Assembly (NCBI GenBank): GCA_016189835.1
Contig: JACPRU010000040.1
Location: 1,230 to 65,229 of the forward strand
From: Deltaproteobacteria bacterium
Lineage (GTDB): Bacteria > Desulfobacterota > Binatia > JACPRU01
Length of the DNA: 64,000 nucleotides
Reading direction: 5' to 3'
Part shown: positions 40,790-52,558 of the stretch, piece after piece
How positions within the stretch are numbered: position 1 is the first letter of the stretch
How the letters are laid out: every line of letters starts with the position of its first letter
The notes under the pieces: generated by a model
What the model saw: only the letters and a program-made list of their open reading frames with translations
The model's database searches: none
What the model was told of the DNA's origin: nothing
Made by a program: the position numbers and the translations under genes

Positions 40790-41935
40790 TCAGAAGGCCG
40801 CGAGGCCGATCAGGTTCCGGCCGATGACCAGCTTCTGGATCTCGGAGGTGCCGTCCGGGATCGTCATCATGCGCGCGTTGCGGAAATGGAGCTCGATCGA
40901 GAGCTCGCGACTCAGCCCGTAGGCGCCGTGGACCTCGATCGCGCGCGAGGCGATTCGCACCGCGGCCTCGGTCGCGAAATACTTCGCCATCGAGGTCTGG
41001 GTGTCGCAGCGGATCCCCTTCTGCACGAGATGCAGCCCGCGGAGCATGAGCAAGCGCGCGGCATCGAGCTCGGTGGCCATGTCGGCGATCAGCTCCTGAA
41101 CGAGCTGATGTCCGCCGATCTTCTTGCCCCACTGCTCGCGGGTCTGCACGTACGCGACCGCCGCGTCCAGCGCCGCCCGCGCGATGCCGTTGGCGATCGC
41201 GGCGACGAAGCAGCGCGCCCGCTCGAAGAGCTGGAGCGTACGGCGCAGCCCACCCCCGGGCTCGCCGAGCAGCCGGTCGCCGGGCACGAACACGTCGTCG
41301 AACACCAGCTCGGCCGTGGACCAGTCGTTCAGCCCGAGCTTGGCCAGCTCCCGCGAGCGGTAGCCGTCCTCGCGCTCGACGACGATCTGGGAAAGCCCTT
41401 GCGATTCGTCCTCGCCGCGCACCACCACGACCGCGAGATCGGAAATGCCGGCGTTGGAGATCCACGTCTTCTCGCCGCGCACGCGCCAGCCGTCGCCGTC
41501 GCGCACGGCGCGGGTGCGCACGTCCCGCACGTTCGAGCCGACCCCCGGCTCGGTGATCGCCGAGCAGCCGATCGAATCCCCGGCGAGGAGCGCCGGCAGC
41601 CAGCGCCGCTTCTGCTCCGGGGTGCCGAGCGTCGCGATGGCGAGGGACACGCCCTCGTTGATGAACGCCGTGCCGGCGAGTCCGGGCGAGATGCGGGCGA
41701 GCTCCTCGTAGAGCAAGCCGCTGGTCACCAGATCGAGCGCGAGGCCGCCGTCGCTCTCGCCGAGCCAGCCGCTGCCGACGCCGTAGCGCGACAGCTTGCG
41801 CAAGAGCCCGCGGGCGAGAGCCTTCGGGATGGGTGCGTCGCGCCAGGGCTCGACGGCCGGGGCGACCTCCGCTTCGGCGAATCGCCGGAGCGCGTCGAGC
41901 GCGATGCGCTGATCCTCGCTGAGATCGAAGTCCAT
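40790..41935 (-). CDS. Acyl-CoA dehydrogenase
   Basis: 381 aa: CSAITEPGVGSNVRDV, WISNAG, VHGAYGLSRELSIELHFRNARMMTIPDGTSEIQ. Confidence 0.9.
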   Translation of the reverse strand: MDFDLSEDQRIALDALRRFAEAEVAPAVEPWRDAPIPKALARGLLRKLSRYGVGSGWLGESDGGLALDLVTSGLLYEELARISPGLAGTAFINEGVSLAIATLGTPEQKRRWLPALLAGDSIGCSAITEPGVGSNVRDVRTRAVRDGDGWRVRGEKTWISNAGISDLAVVVVRGEDESQGLSQIVVEREDGYRSRELAKLGLNDWSTAELVFDDVFVPGDRLLGEPGGGLRRTLQLFERARCFVAAIANGIARAALDAAVAYVQTREQWGKKIGGHQLVQELIADMATELDAARLLMLRGLHLVQKGIRCDTQTSMAKYFATEAAVRIASRAIEVHGAYGLSRELSIELHFRNARMMTIPDGTSEIQKLVIGRNLIGLAAF

Positions 41936-42102
41936 CTGGATGCGCCTCCGCCGCCAGGGTTACGATCCTCGAGACCATCAGGCAAGCGCGCGCGGCGATC
42001 GCGGCCATCGCCGCGGTCATCGCCAAATGCCTCCGGCTCCGTTAGTGTGGGTCCGGGCGCGCGGCGACGAGGACGAAGCGAAGGCGAGAAGGAGAGCACG
42101 AC

Positions 42103-43281
42103 GTGATCGTTGGTGTTCCCAAAGAAGGCTATCCCGGGGAGCGGCGCGTCGCGCTCGTCCCCATGGTGATCCCCGATCTGATCAAGGGGGGTCTGGAGGT
42201 GGTGATCGAGGCCGGCGCGGGAAGAGCCGCGGGGTATCCCGACGCCCAGTACGCGGAGAAGGGCGCGCGGGTCCTGTCGGATCGGGGCGCGGTTTTCGCG
42301 GCGGCGGACGTGATCGTGCAAGTTCTCTGCTGCGGCTCCAACGATCTCACCGGCCGGGAGGACCTCCCCCTGCTGCGAGCCGGGCAGCTCCTGATCGGCT
42401 TCCTCCGGCCGCTCGGCGATCTGGCGATGATCCGGGAAGTCGCCGCCACCGGCGTGACCTCGTTCGCCGTCGAACTGATGCCGCGCACCACGCGAGCGCA
42501 GTCCATGGACGCGCTGTCCTCCATGGCGACGATCTGCGGTTACAAGGCCGTGTTGATCGCGGCCGACACGCTGCCGCGCCTCTTTCCGATGCTCACCACC
42601 GCGGCCTGTACGATCAAACCGGCGCGCGTCCTGGTGATCGGCGCCGGAGTCGCCGGCCTCCAGGCGATCGCGACGTCTCGCCGTCTGGGCGCGGTCTCGT
42701 ACGCTTACGATCTTCGCCCGGCCGTCAAGGAGCAGGTGCAAAGCGTCGGAGCGCTGTTCGTCGAGCTGCCGATCGAGGTCGCGGACGCGGAGGATTCGCG
42801 GGGCTACGCACGCGCCCAGGACGAGACCTTCTACACCCGCCAGCGCGAGCTGCTCGGCAAGGTCGTCGCGCAGAGCGACGTGGTGATCACCGCCGCCATC
42901 GTGCCGGGAAAGAAATCGCCGATCCTGGTGACGAAGGAGATGGTGCAACGGATGGCGCCGGGATCGGTGATCTTCGATCTCGCCGCCGAGCGCGGCGGGA
43001 ACTGCGAGCTGACGCGCATCGGCCAGACCGTCGTGGAGCACGACGTCACGATCATCGGCCGGATCAACGTCGCGAGCGGCGCGCCCTATCACGCGAGCCA
43101 GATGTACGCCCGCAATCTCACCGCGTTTCTGCTGTACCTGATGAAGGACGGGAAGCCGCGCCTGGACGTCCAGGACGAGATCGTCCGCGAGACGCTGCTC
43201 ACCCACGCGGGGAAGATCGTGAATCAGCGGGTCCTCGAGTCCTTCGGGCTGTCGCCGGAACCGGCCCCCGCCTCGGCCTGA
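42103..43281 (+). CDS. pntAA: NAD(P) transhydrogenase alpha subunit part 1 (dI, PntAA), orphan
   Basis: GTG start. ELMPRTTRAQSMDALSS, MLTTAACT, VIGAGVAGLQAIATSRRLGA, AAERGGNCE. By eye colinear with Rhodospirillum PntAA rather than with alanine dehydrogenase. Confidence 0.85.
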   Translation: MIVGVPKEGYPGERRVALVPMVIPDLIKGGLEVVIEAGAGRAAGYPDAQYAEKGARVLSDRGAVFAAADVIVQVLCCGSNDLTGREDLPLLRAGQLLIGFLRPLGDLAMIREVAATGVTSFAVELMPRTTRAQSMDALSSMATICGYKAVLIAADTLPRLFPMLTTAACTIKPARVLVIGAGVAGLQAIATSRRLGAVSYAYDLRPAVKEQVQSVGALFVELPIEVADAEDSRGYARAQDETFYTRQRELLGKVVAQSDVVITAAIVPGKKSPILVTKEMVQRMAPGSVIFDLAAERGGNCELTRIGQTVVEHDVTIIGRINVASGAPYHASQMYARNLTAFLLYLMKDGKPRLDVQDEIVRETLLTHAGKIVNQRVLESFGLSPEPAPASA

Positions 43282-43294
43282 GTCGCGATCCGGG

Positions 43295-43639
43295 TCAAGG
43301 CCGGTCGGCGGCGAGCGGGTCTTCGGGGGCGGCGCGTTCGAGCGTCACCGAAAGCACTCCGGCCCCGAGAACGGCGAACAGCATCGTCGCCAGGTTGGAA
43401 CGATTCCCCGTGACGAACCCGAGGTGTTCACCGGCCCGGACGTCGAACCGGACGGTCTTCCACACCAGGGTATTGTAGGCGCGCAGCCGATGGCGCCCCG
43501 GGGCGACCTCGCGGGATACGGCCTGCCCCGGGAACAAGTGCGCCATGCGCTCGCCGTCCAGCGACACGGTGATCGGATACCGCGCGCCGAGCGTGTCCGG
43601 GTGGAGCCGCTGGACGGTGATTCGCGTCGCCTTCTCCAT
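43295..43639 (-). CDS. Hypothetical small protein with C-terminal hydrophobic segment
   Basis: 114 aa with coding-like GC3. No family recognised. Confidence 0.35.
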   Translation of the reverse strand: MEKATRITVQRLHPDTLGARYPITVSLDGERMAHLFPGQAVSREVAPGRHRLRAYNTLVWKTVRFDVRAGEHLGFVTGNRSNLATMLFAVLGAGVLSVTLERAAPEDPLAADRP

Positions 43640-43850
43640 TCCCTGCCTCGCCTGGCTTCGGCCCGCCCCCGAGGAAGAGCCGGTCCCGCCGCTCTAGCCA
43701 AGCCGCCGCCGCCCCGCAACCCGGTCGACGAGTCGCGCGCCGACGGCGACGCACCGGGCGGTTTTCGCCGCCGCCGCCGCGGCGATCGCGAGCCCGCCCC
43801 GCCGCTCGGCCTGGTCGCGAGCGGGGCGGCGATGATACACGTCGGTCACC

Positions 43851-44114
43851 GTGCGGCCCGACGAGAATCGCCTCACGATCGGCGGCGGGACCCGGATCCT
43901 CGCGCTGATCGCCGATCCGGTGTCGCAAGTGCGGTCGCCGGCCATGGTCAATGCGCTGCTCGAGCGCCGAGGACGATTCGGAGCGTTCGTCCTGGTGCCG
44001 ATGCAGGTTCCGAGAGGCGCGCTCGCCCGGACGAAGGGGCGCGGCGTTCACTCGGGCGTGCCGATGCTGACCGCGCAGATGGAGCTGATGCTCCGCTTCA
44101 TGGGTGTCGAGTGA
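43851..44114 (+). pseudogene. Shikimate/quinate dehydrogenase-like remnant (in-frame internal deletion)
   Basis: 87 aa. The N-terminus TRILALIADPVSQVRSPAMVNALLERRG...VPMQV matches the AroE-family substrate domain. It is joined directly to a C-terminal-type GVPMLTAQMELMLRFMG. The roughly 180-aa NAD(P) domain is missing. Confidence 0.5.
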
Positions 44115-44128
44115 CGGGCCCGGCCGCG

Positions 44129-44488
44129 ATGCTCTACCGCGTGCTCGCCGACTTCACGCTCGCGCTCCACCTGAGCTTCGTCGCGTTCGTCGCGCTCGGC
44201 GGCCTGCTGGTGCTGCGCCGTCCGCGGCTGGCGTGGGTTCACCTGCCGGCCGTGGTGTGGGGCGTCCTCATCGAGTATTCGGGTTGGACGTGCCCGCTGA
44301 CGCCGCTCGAGATCGAGCTGCGCGGTCGGGCCGGCGCGGCGGGCTATGCCGGGGGCTTCATCGACCGCTACGTCACCGCCGCGCTCTATCCCGAGGGCCT
44401 GACGCGCGGCCAGCAGGTGATGCTCGGCACGCTGGCGCTGCTCGTGAACGCGCTCTGCTACGGGCGGCTCCTCGCGAGCCGGCGCTGA
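44129..44488 (+). CDS. DUF2784 family membrane protein
   Basis: 119 aa: MLYRVLADFTLALHLSFVAFVALGGLLVLRRPRLAWVHLPAVVWGVLIEYSGWTCPLTPLE, which matches my recollection of DUF2784 proteins. Confidence 0.65.
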   Translation: MLYRVLADFTLALHLSFVAFVALGGLLVLRRPRLAWVHLPAVVWGVLIEYSGWTCPLTPLEIELRGRAGAAGYAGGFIDRYVTAALYPEGLTRGQQVMLGTLALLVNALCYGRLLASRR

Positions 44489-44602
44489 GCACCCTGCGGG
44501 GGCATCTCCGAGCTCGACGGCGAGGACCCCGCGGGTCGGCGCCAGGCGCCCGGCGGTGCCCCGCAGGGCGGCGCGCCGCCGGCGGCGTGACCGCTCTCGG
44601 CG

Positions 44603-46027
44603 TCAGCCCGCCGAACGCGTCGCCGCATGGCCGTATGCGGCTTCCGCGGCCTGCTCTCCCGAGCGGATGCAATCCGGCAGGCCGACGGCGCCGAGGCTGC
44701 CGCCGGCGAGGAACAGCCCGGCGTGGGACGCGAGCCGGCGGGCGATCGATGCGGCGCGCCGCGGGAAGCCGACCTCGTACTGCGGCATCGACCGCACGGC
44801 GCGCGTCGCGCGCGCGAAGCGCGGCTCGCCGCGGATGCCGAGAATGGCGCACAGCTCGCGGTCGACGAGCGACACGAGGGCGCCCTCGGAGAGCTCCGCC
44901 AGCGCCGGTCGCAGCGCGCCGCCGACGAAGCAGCGCACCAGCAGCTCGCCGCTGGGCCAGCAACCGGGGTATTTGAGGCTCACGTAGCTCGCGGCGAGCA
45001 GGTCGCGGCCCTCGCTGCGCGGCACGAAGAAGCCGAAGCCTTCGAGCGGCCGAGCGACGTCGGCGTCTCGGTAGGAGAGGTGGACGATCGCGCAGGAGGC
45101 GTACCGCTGGTCCCCCACCTCGCGCGCGAGGTCGGCATCGACGTCGCGCAGCGCCGGCGCCGATGCATAGGCCGGGCAGGCGAGCACCACCGCGTCGGCC
45201 AGGATCGCCGTCGAGCCGCCGGTGATCAGCCGCCAGGAGCCGTCCGGGTCGCGCGCGAGAGCGCGCAGCGGCGTGCGGGTGCGCGCCGCGCCCTCGGGCA
45301 GCCGCTCGACCAGCCGCTCGACGATCCGGCCGACGCCGCCGCGCGGGTAGGCGAAGCCGACGCCGCCGTGCGGCCGAATCGGCCCGCCGCCGGGGGAGCG
45401 GCGCAGGCCACGGCTCACGCTGCCGAACGCTCGCTCCATCTCGACGAAGCGCGGCAGCACGGCCGAGACCGAGAGCGCGTCCGCGTCGGCCATGAACACG
45501 CTGGCGAGCACGGGCTCAGCGGCGCGCTCGAGCACCTCGCCGCCGAAGCGCCGGGTGACGAACGATGCGAGGCTCTCGTCGTCGCGCGCGGGGGCCGGCG
45601 GCACGAAGCGCTCGAGCGCCATGCGCAGCTTCCCCCACGGCGAGAACAACGGCGAAACGACCACGGGCCAGAGCCGGGTCGGCGCCGTCATGAGAAATCC
45701 CGGCGGCAGCTCGCGCAGCCGGCCGCCGACCAGGACGCGCGCGCCGCCGCCGGCGTCGACCCGCAGCAGCTCGCCGTCGATGCCGAGGCGCTCGCAGAGC
45801 TCGACGCCGGCCGGCTTGGCGAGCAGGAACGAATCCGGACCGGCTTCGAGTAGCGCCGCGCCGACGCGATCGGTGCGAACCAGGCCGCCGAAGCGCCCGG
45901 CCGCCTCGAGCACGACGAGGGAGGGCGGCTCGCCGCGCTCGCGGCACAGCTCGCCCAGGCGGTGGGCGGTGGCGAGGCCGGCGATGCCTCCGCCGACCAC
46001 GGCGAACCTTCTGCGCTCGGGGCTCAT
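44603..46027 (-). CDS. hemY: Protoporphyrinogen/coproporphyrinogen III oxidase (HemY-type FAD enzyme)
   Basis: 474 aa from ATG 46027 (ATGA overlap with the hemH stop). Motifs FAVVGGGIAGLATAH and a C-terminal GLFLAGGSLGAVGLPDCIRSG. Confidence 0.8.
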   Translation of the reverse strand: MSPERRRFAVVGGGIAGLATAHRLGELCRERGEPPSLVVLEAAGRFGGLVRTDRVGAALLEAGPDSFLLAKPAGVELCERLGIDGELLRVDAGGGARVLVGGRLRELPPGFLMTAPTRLWPVVVSPLFSPWGKLRMALERFVPPAPARDDESLASFVTRRFGGEVLERAAEPVLASVFMADADALSVSAVLPRFVEMERAFGSVSRGLRRSPGGGPIRPHGGVGFAYPRGGVGRIVERLVERLPEGAARTRTPLRALARDPDGSWRLITGGSTAILADAVVLACPAYASAPALRDVDADLAREVGDQRYASCAIVHLSYRDADVARPLEGFGFFVPRSEGRDLLAASYVSLKYPGCWPSGELLVRCFVGGALRPALAELSEGALVSLVDRELCAILGIRGEPRFARATRAVRSMPQYEVGFPRRAASIARRLASHAGLFLAGGSLGAVGLPDCIRSGEQAAEAAYGHAATRSAG

Positions 46028-47082
46028 CGCTCCGCCAGCCAGCGCGACGCGTCGCGGGCGATCGCGACGACCGCCTCGGCCCACGCGTCGCGGGCGTTCA
46101 GCGACGGCACCAGGCGCAGCGTATCACCGCCGTTCGCGCGCCAGTCGTCGGCCGCGCGCAAGCCGATCTCCTCGATCGTCTCGAGACAGTCGGCGACGAA
46201 CGCCGCCGAGATCACCAGCGCCCGCTTCACGCCGCGCCGCGCGGCGGCGCGGATCTCGACGTCGGTGAAGGGACGGATCCAGCGCGGCGAGAACCGCGAC
46301 TGGAAGCAGACGAGGCGCCGTTCGGGCGGCACGCCGAGCGCGTCCGCGAGCAGCCGCGCGGTCGTGAGGCACTGCGCGCGGTAGCAGTCGCCGAGCGCGC
46401 CCGGGTTCTCGACGGCGGCGCGCGCGCAGCAGTCGGCGGCGGCGAGGCAATAGCCGCCGCGGCGGTCGCTCTTGCGGATCTGGCTCTGCGGCAAGCCGTG
46501 GAAGCTGAAGAACACGAGCTCGGGATCGACCTCACGCAAGAGCGGGGCCGCGCTCTCGGCCATCGCGGCGATGTAGCGCGGGTCGTCGAAGAAGGGCGGC
46601 ACGACGTGCAGGTACGGAACGTTCCATCGCCGCGAAGCCTCGGCGAAGACGCGCTCGATCGAGGAGCCGGTCGCCGCGGCGCTGTGCTGCGGATAGAGCG
46701 GGAAGACGACGAGCCGCCGCACGCCCTCGCGGTGGAAGCCGTCGATCGCCTCGGCGATCGACGGCCGGCCGTAACGCATGGCGAGCCGCACGACCGCCGC
46801 CGCGCCGAGGCGGCTCTGCACCTTGGCGGCGAGGTCCAGGCCGTGGAAGACGAGTGGCGAGCCGCGCTCGCTCCAGATCTTGGCGTAGGCGCGCGCCGAG
46901 CGCCGCGGGCGCAGCGGCAGGATGAAGAGGTTCAGCACCAGCCAGCGCAGCGCCGCGGGCAGGTCGAGCACGCGCGGGTCGGAGAGGAACTCGCGCAGGT
47001 AGCGGCGCACCGCGGCCGGGTGCGGCGCGTCGGGGGTGCCGAGGTTCACGAGCAGCAGGCCGGGAAGGTCGCGCGGCGGCAT
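46024..47082 (-). CDS. hemH: Ferrochelatase
   Basis: 352 aa: LLLVNLGTPDAPHPAAVRRYLREFLSDPRV and ISAAFVADCLETIEEI. Confidence 0.9.
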   Translation of the reverse strand: MPPRDLPGLLLVNLGTPDAPHPAAVRRYLREFLSDPRVLDLPAALRWLVLNLFILPLRPRRSARAYAKIWSERGSPLVFHGLDLAAKVQSRLGAAAVVRLAMRYGRPSIAEAIDGFHREGVRRLVVFPLYPQHSAAATGSSIERVFAEASRRWNVPYLHVVPPFFDDPRYIAAMAESAAPLLREVDPELVFFSFHGLPQSQIRKSDRRGGYCLAAADCCARAAVENPGALGDCYRAQCLTTARLLADALGVPPERRLVCFQSRFSPRWIRPFTDVEIRAAARRGVKRALVISAAFVADCLETIEEIGLRAADDWRANGGDTLRLVPSLNARDAWAEAVVAIARDASRWLAER

Positions 47083-47691
47083 TCACGATCCCGCTTTCGA
47101 TTCCTCGAGCACGCGGCGCGAGCGCCAGAAGACCTCGTCGAGCCCGAGCGGGTCGGCGCCGTAGCCGCCGCGCAGGCCGCCCGCGGCATCGACCAGAAAG
47201 ATCTCGCCGCCGGGCGCCGCGTCGAGACCCGCGCTCCGTCCGGCCGCGGCGGCGGCGGGCTCGATCCGGAATCCGTGCTCGGCGAGCTCGCGCACCTGCT
47301 CGCGCGGCCCGTGCAGCAGCACCCAGCGCCGGGGATCGAGGCCGTGGGTCTTCGCGGCTTCGCGCGCGCGCGCCGCCGCGCCGTCTTCGCGATCGGCGCT
47401 GATGCTCACCAGGCGAATCGAGTCGAGCCCCTCGTCGCGATAGCGGCGGGCGAGGCTCGACATCGCCTGCAGCCGGGCGGGCGTCGCGGCGAAGCTCGCC
47501 ACGTAGACGTGTCCGCGCAGCTCGTCGCTGCCGTAGCGCTCGCCGCTCGCCGTCATCAGCGAGAACTCCGGCACCTGCCCGATCACCGGCGGCGGGTCGG
47601 GGATCCGGCGCAAGAGCGGCCGCATCAGCGTGATCACCGCGCACCCCACGACGAACGCCCACAGGAAGGGGTTGCGCAGCCCGCGGCTCAT
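47083..47691 (-). CDS. SCO1/SenC-like thioredoxin-fold protein lacking the CxxxC copper site
   Basis: 202 aa with an N-terminal TM. VPEFSLMTASGERYGSDELRGHVYVASFAATPARLQ aligns by eye with the SCO motif F(G/T)xTxCPDVCP, but both Cys are replaced. ISADRED and WVLLHGPREQV match the SCO blocks ISVDPERD and WxxLTG. Confidence 0.55.
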   Translation of the reverse strand: MSRGLRNPFLWAFVVGCAVITLMRPLLRRIPDPPPVIGQVPEFSLMTASGERYGSDELRGHVYVASFAATPARLQAMSSLARRYRDEGLDSIRLVSISADREDGAAARAREAAKTHGLDPRRWVLLHGPREQVRELAEHGFRIEPAAAAAGRSAGLDAAPGGEIFLVDAAGGLRGGYGADPLGLDEVFWRSRRVLEESKAGS

Positions 47692-47957
47692 CGTGGGATC
47701 AGCTTCTCGAGGATCGCGGCGAACTTGTGCTGGCGGAGGTTCTGGCGGGCGTTCAGCAGGATCAGCAGGACGATGACGGCGCGGGGCGCGAGCGCGAAGC
47801 CGGGATCGCGCAGCCGCTCGTAGCCGTAGACGGCGGCGAGCGCCAGCGCCACCGCGATGCTCGCGTTCGAGAGGCTCGAGAACAGACGCTTGCGGCGAAT
47901 CGCCCGCCCGGCGAAGGCGCGTTCGGCCTCGGTGAGTGGCTCGTCTCGTTCGCTCAT
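47688..47957 (-). CDS. Small membrane protein (2 TM), first gene of the hemH operon
   Basis: 89 aa from ATG 47957. ATGA overlap with the downstream SCO-like gene. Confidence 0.4.
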   Translation of the reverse strand: MSERDEPLTEAERAFAGRAIRRKRLFSSLSNASIAVALALAAVYGYERLRDPGFALAPRAVIVLLILLNARQNLRQHKFAAILEKLIPR

Positions 47958-48190
47958 CGGAACGGGACTCTTGTGACAGACTCCCTCCGTGAATTCCAGG
48001 CGGCGAGCGCGGGGGGACACTTGACGTTTTCCTCCGCGCTGCGATAAGCACGCCGGCGAAAAATTCCGGGATCCTTCCGCTGACGCGGTTTCAGGGACGA
48101 GGGGGAAAAACGACGGGTCGAGGCTAGCGAGCCGCCCTCGAGGCGGTCTCACTACGCGGTTCGGCAATCGCGGTCGTCGGGTGCAGGCTG

Positions 48191-48838
48191 GTGGCACAGA
48201 TCTTTTCCGAACGAATCAATCGACTTCCCCTGTTCCTCGGCGTCGGGGCGCCCCTCGGCTTGGTCGGCGCGATCGCGTTCGTGTGGTACTTCTTCTCCCC
48301 CTGGTACACGGACGTCGGTTACCAGCCGACGCAGCCCGTCCCGTACAGCCACCGCCTGCATGCGGGCGACATGGAGATCAACTGCCGCTACTGTCATGCG
48401 ATGGCGGAGATCTCGCCGGCGGCCGGCGTGCCGCCCACTCAGTCGTGCATGAACTGTCACACCCTGGCGATGAAGGACAGCCCGCGGCTGCAGCCGATTC
48501 GCGACAGCGCGGCGGATGGCCTTCCCATGCGCTGGGTGCGCGTGCACGAGCTGGCCGACTACGTCTACTTCGAGCACGCCTCGCACGTACGGGCGGGCGT
48601 GGGCTGCGTGTCGTGTCACGGCCGCATCGACCAGATGGACGTCGTGCGCGAGGAGAAGCCGCTCAGCATGAGCTGGTGCCTCGACTGTCACCGCGACCCC
48701 GCTCCGAATCTCCGGCCCGTGGATCAGGTGACGAACATGCGCTGGGTCCCGCCGCCGAATCATCCCGAGTGGGCGCTACGGACGATCCAGGAGCGCGGCA
48801 TCCAGCCGCCGGTCGACTGCTCGGGGTGCCATCGGTGA
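48191..48838 (+). CDS. actA: Alternative Complex III-type pentahaem cytochrome c (ActA)
   Basis: GTG start and an N-terminal TM. Five CxxCH motifs (CRYCH, CMNCH, CVSCH, CLDCH, CSGCH). QPVPYSHRLHAG...INCRYCH is typical of ActA. Confidence 0.85.
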   Translation: MAQIFSERINRLPLFLGVGAPLGLVGAIAFVWYFFSPWYTDVGYQPTQPVPYSHRLHAGDMEINCRYCHAMAEISPAAGVPPTQSCMNCHTLAMKDSPRLQPIRDSAADGLPMRWVRVHELADYVYFEHASHVRAGVGCVSCHGRIDQMDVVREEKPLSMSWCLDCHRDPAPNLRPVDQVTNMRWVPPPNHPEWALRTIQERGIQPPVDCSGCHR

Positions 48839-48929
48839 GCCAAGACTCCGCGACCCGGCGGCCGGCGAAGGGCGAGGAGCGGCCCCGGGACGGTGTTCCC
48901 GAGCGGCCGGAGCGCTCGCGGGGACGCGA

Positions 48930-51862
<2,933 letters not shown>

Positions 51863-51866
<4 letters not shown>

Positions 51867-52558
51867 AGGGGCACGCGAAGAAGGCGGCGCAAGAGGCTGC
51901 GGGGGGAACGGGTTTGCTTGGGACGGACTCGTCGCCGTCCACGGCGCAAACCCGTTCCCCCCGCAGCCGTGTCACCGGGCATCTGCTGATCGTAGTCCTC
52001 GGCGCCGTGCTCGCCGTCACCACGCTGGAGGGCTGCATGCGCGGCTGCGGCTCCTCGCGGCCGCCGATCCACCCGAACTACAGCATGTTCAACCAGCCGA
52101 AGTACCGCCCCTATGGCGCCAGCGCGTTCTTCTACGACGGAGCGGCGATGCGCCGGCCGGTGCCGGGCACCGTGGCCCGCGGCCACCTCGTCGAGGATCC
52201 GGTACTCGAGAGCGGCAAGAGCGCCGACGGCTCGCCGGTCGCCTCCTCGCCCGTGGCGGTGGACGAGGCGCTCGTCGACCGCGGCCGCGACCGCTACGGC
52301 ATCTATTGCCAGCCCTGCCACGACGAGCGCGGCGAGGGCAAAGGCATTCTCTTCCAGCGCGCCAAGGTGCCGACCGCGAACCTGCTCGACAAGCGCATCC
52401 GCGACCTGCCCGACGGCAGCCTGTTCGACACCATCACCAACGGCAAGGGGCTGATGGCGGGCTACCGCTATCCGATCCGCGCGCGCGACCGCTGGGCGAT
52501 CATCGCCTACGTGCGGAGCCTGGAGAAGGCGCAGGCGCAGAGGGAGGCCGCGCGGTGA
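51863..52558 (+). CDS. actE: ActE-like lipoprotein monohaem cytochrome c
   Basis: GTG 51863 overlaps the actB stop. Signal/lipobox-like LIVVLGAVLAVTTLEGC. MFNQPKYRPYGASAFFYDGAAMRRPVPGTVARG, CQPCH and RDRWAIIAYVRSLE match ActE. The first 35 codons are a palindromic element, so the start is uncertain. Confidence 0.7.
51895..51968. repeat. Perfect 23-bp inverted repeat with nested 6-bp inner hairpin
   Basis: GGCTGCGGGGGGAACGGGTTTGC (51895..51917) and its exact reverse complement (51946..51968). The 28-nt spacer contains GGACGG/CCGTCC (51921..51940). Confidence 0.9.

Noticed and set aside
42103-43281. Alanine dehydrogenase instead of PntAA
   Set aside because: The diagnostic stretches (ELMPRTTRAQSMDALSS, MLTTAACT, GGNCE) match the transhydrogenase dI subunit, not Ald, in my by-eye comparison.
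48021-48048. Sigma-70-like promoter TTGACG-16 nt-GATAAG upstream of actA
   Set aside because: The -35 is good but the -10 is poor (lacks the terminal T). I cannot support it without TSS data, so it is not listed as a feature.
48185-48205. TGGCAC motif at the actA start (GGTGGCACAGATCTTTTCC) as a second sigma-54 promoter
   Set aside because: The -12 position reads TTTT rather than TTGC (no GC dinucleotide at the correct spacing), and the motif overlaps the GTG start codon.
52036-52038. Internal ATG (MRGCGSS...) as the real ActE start, which would place the palindrome in an intergenic region
   Set aside because: That start removes the hydrophobic signal/lipobox segment required for export and haem attachment of a c-type cytochrome.
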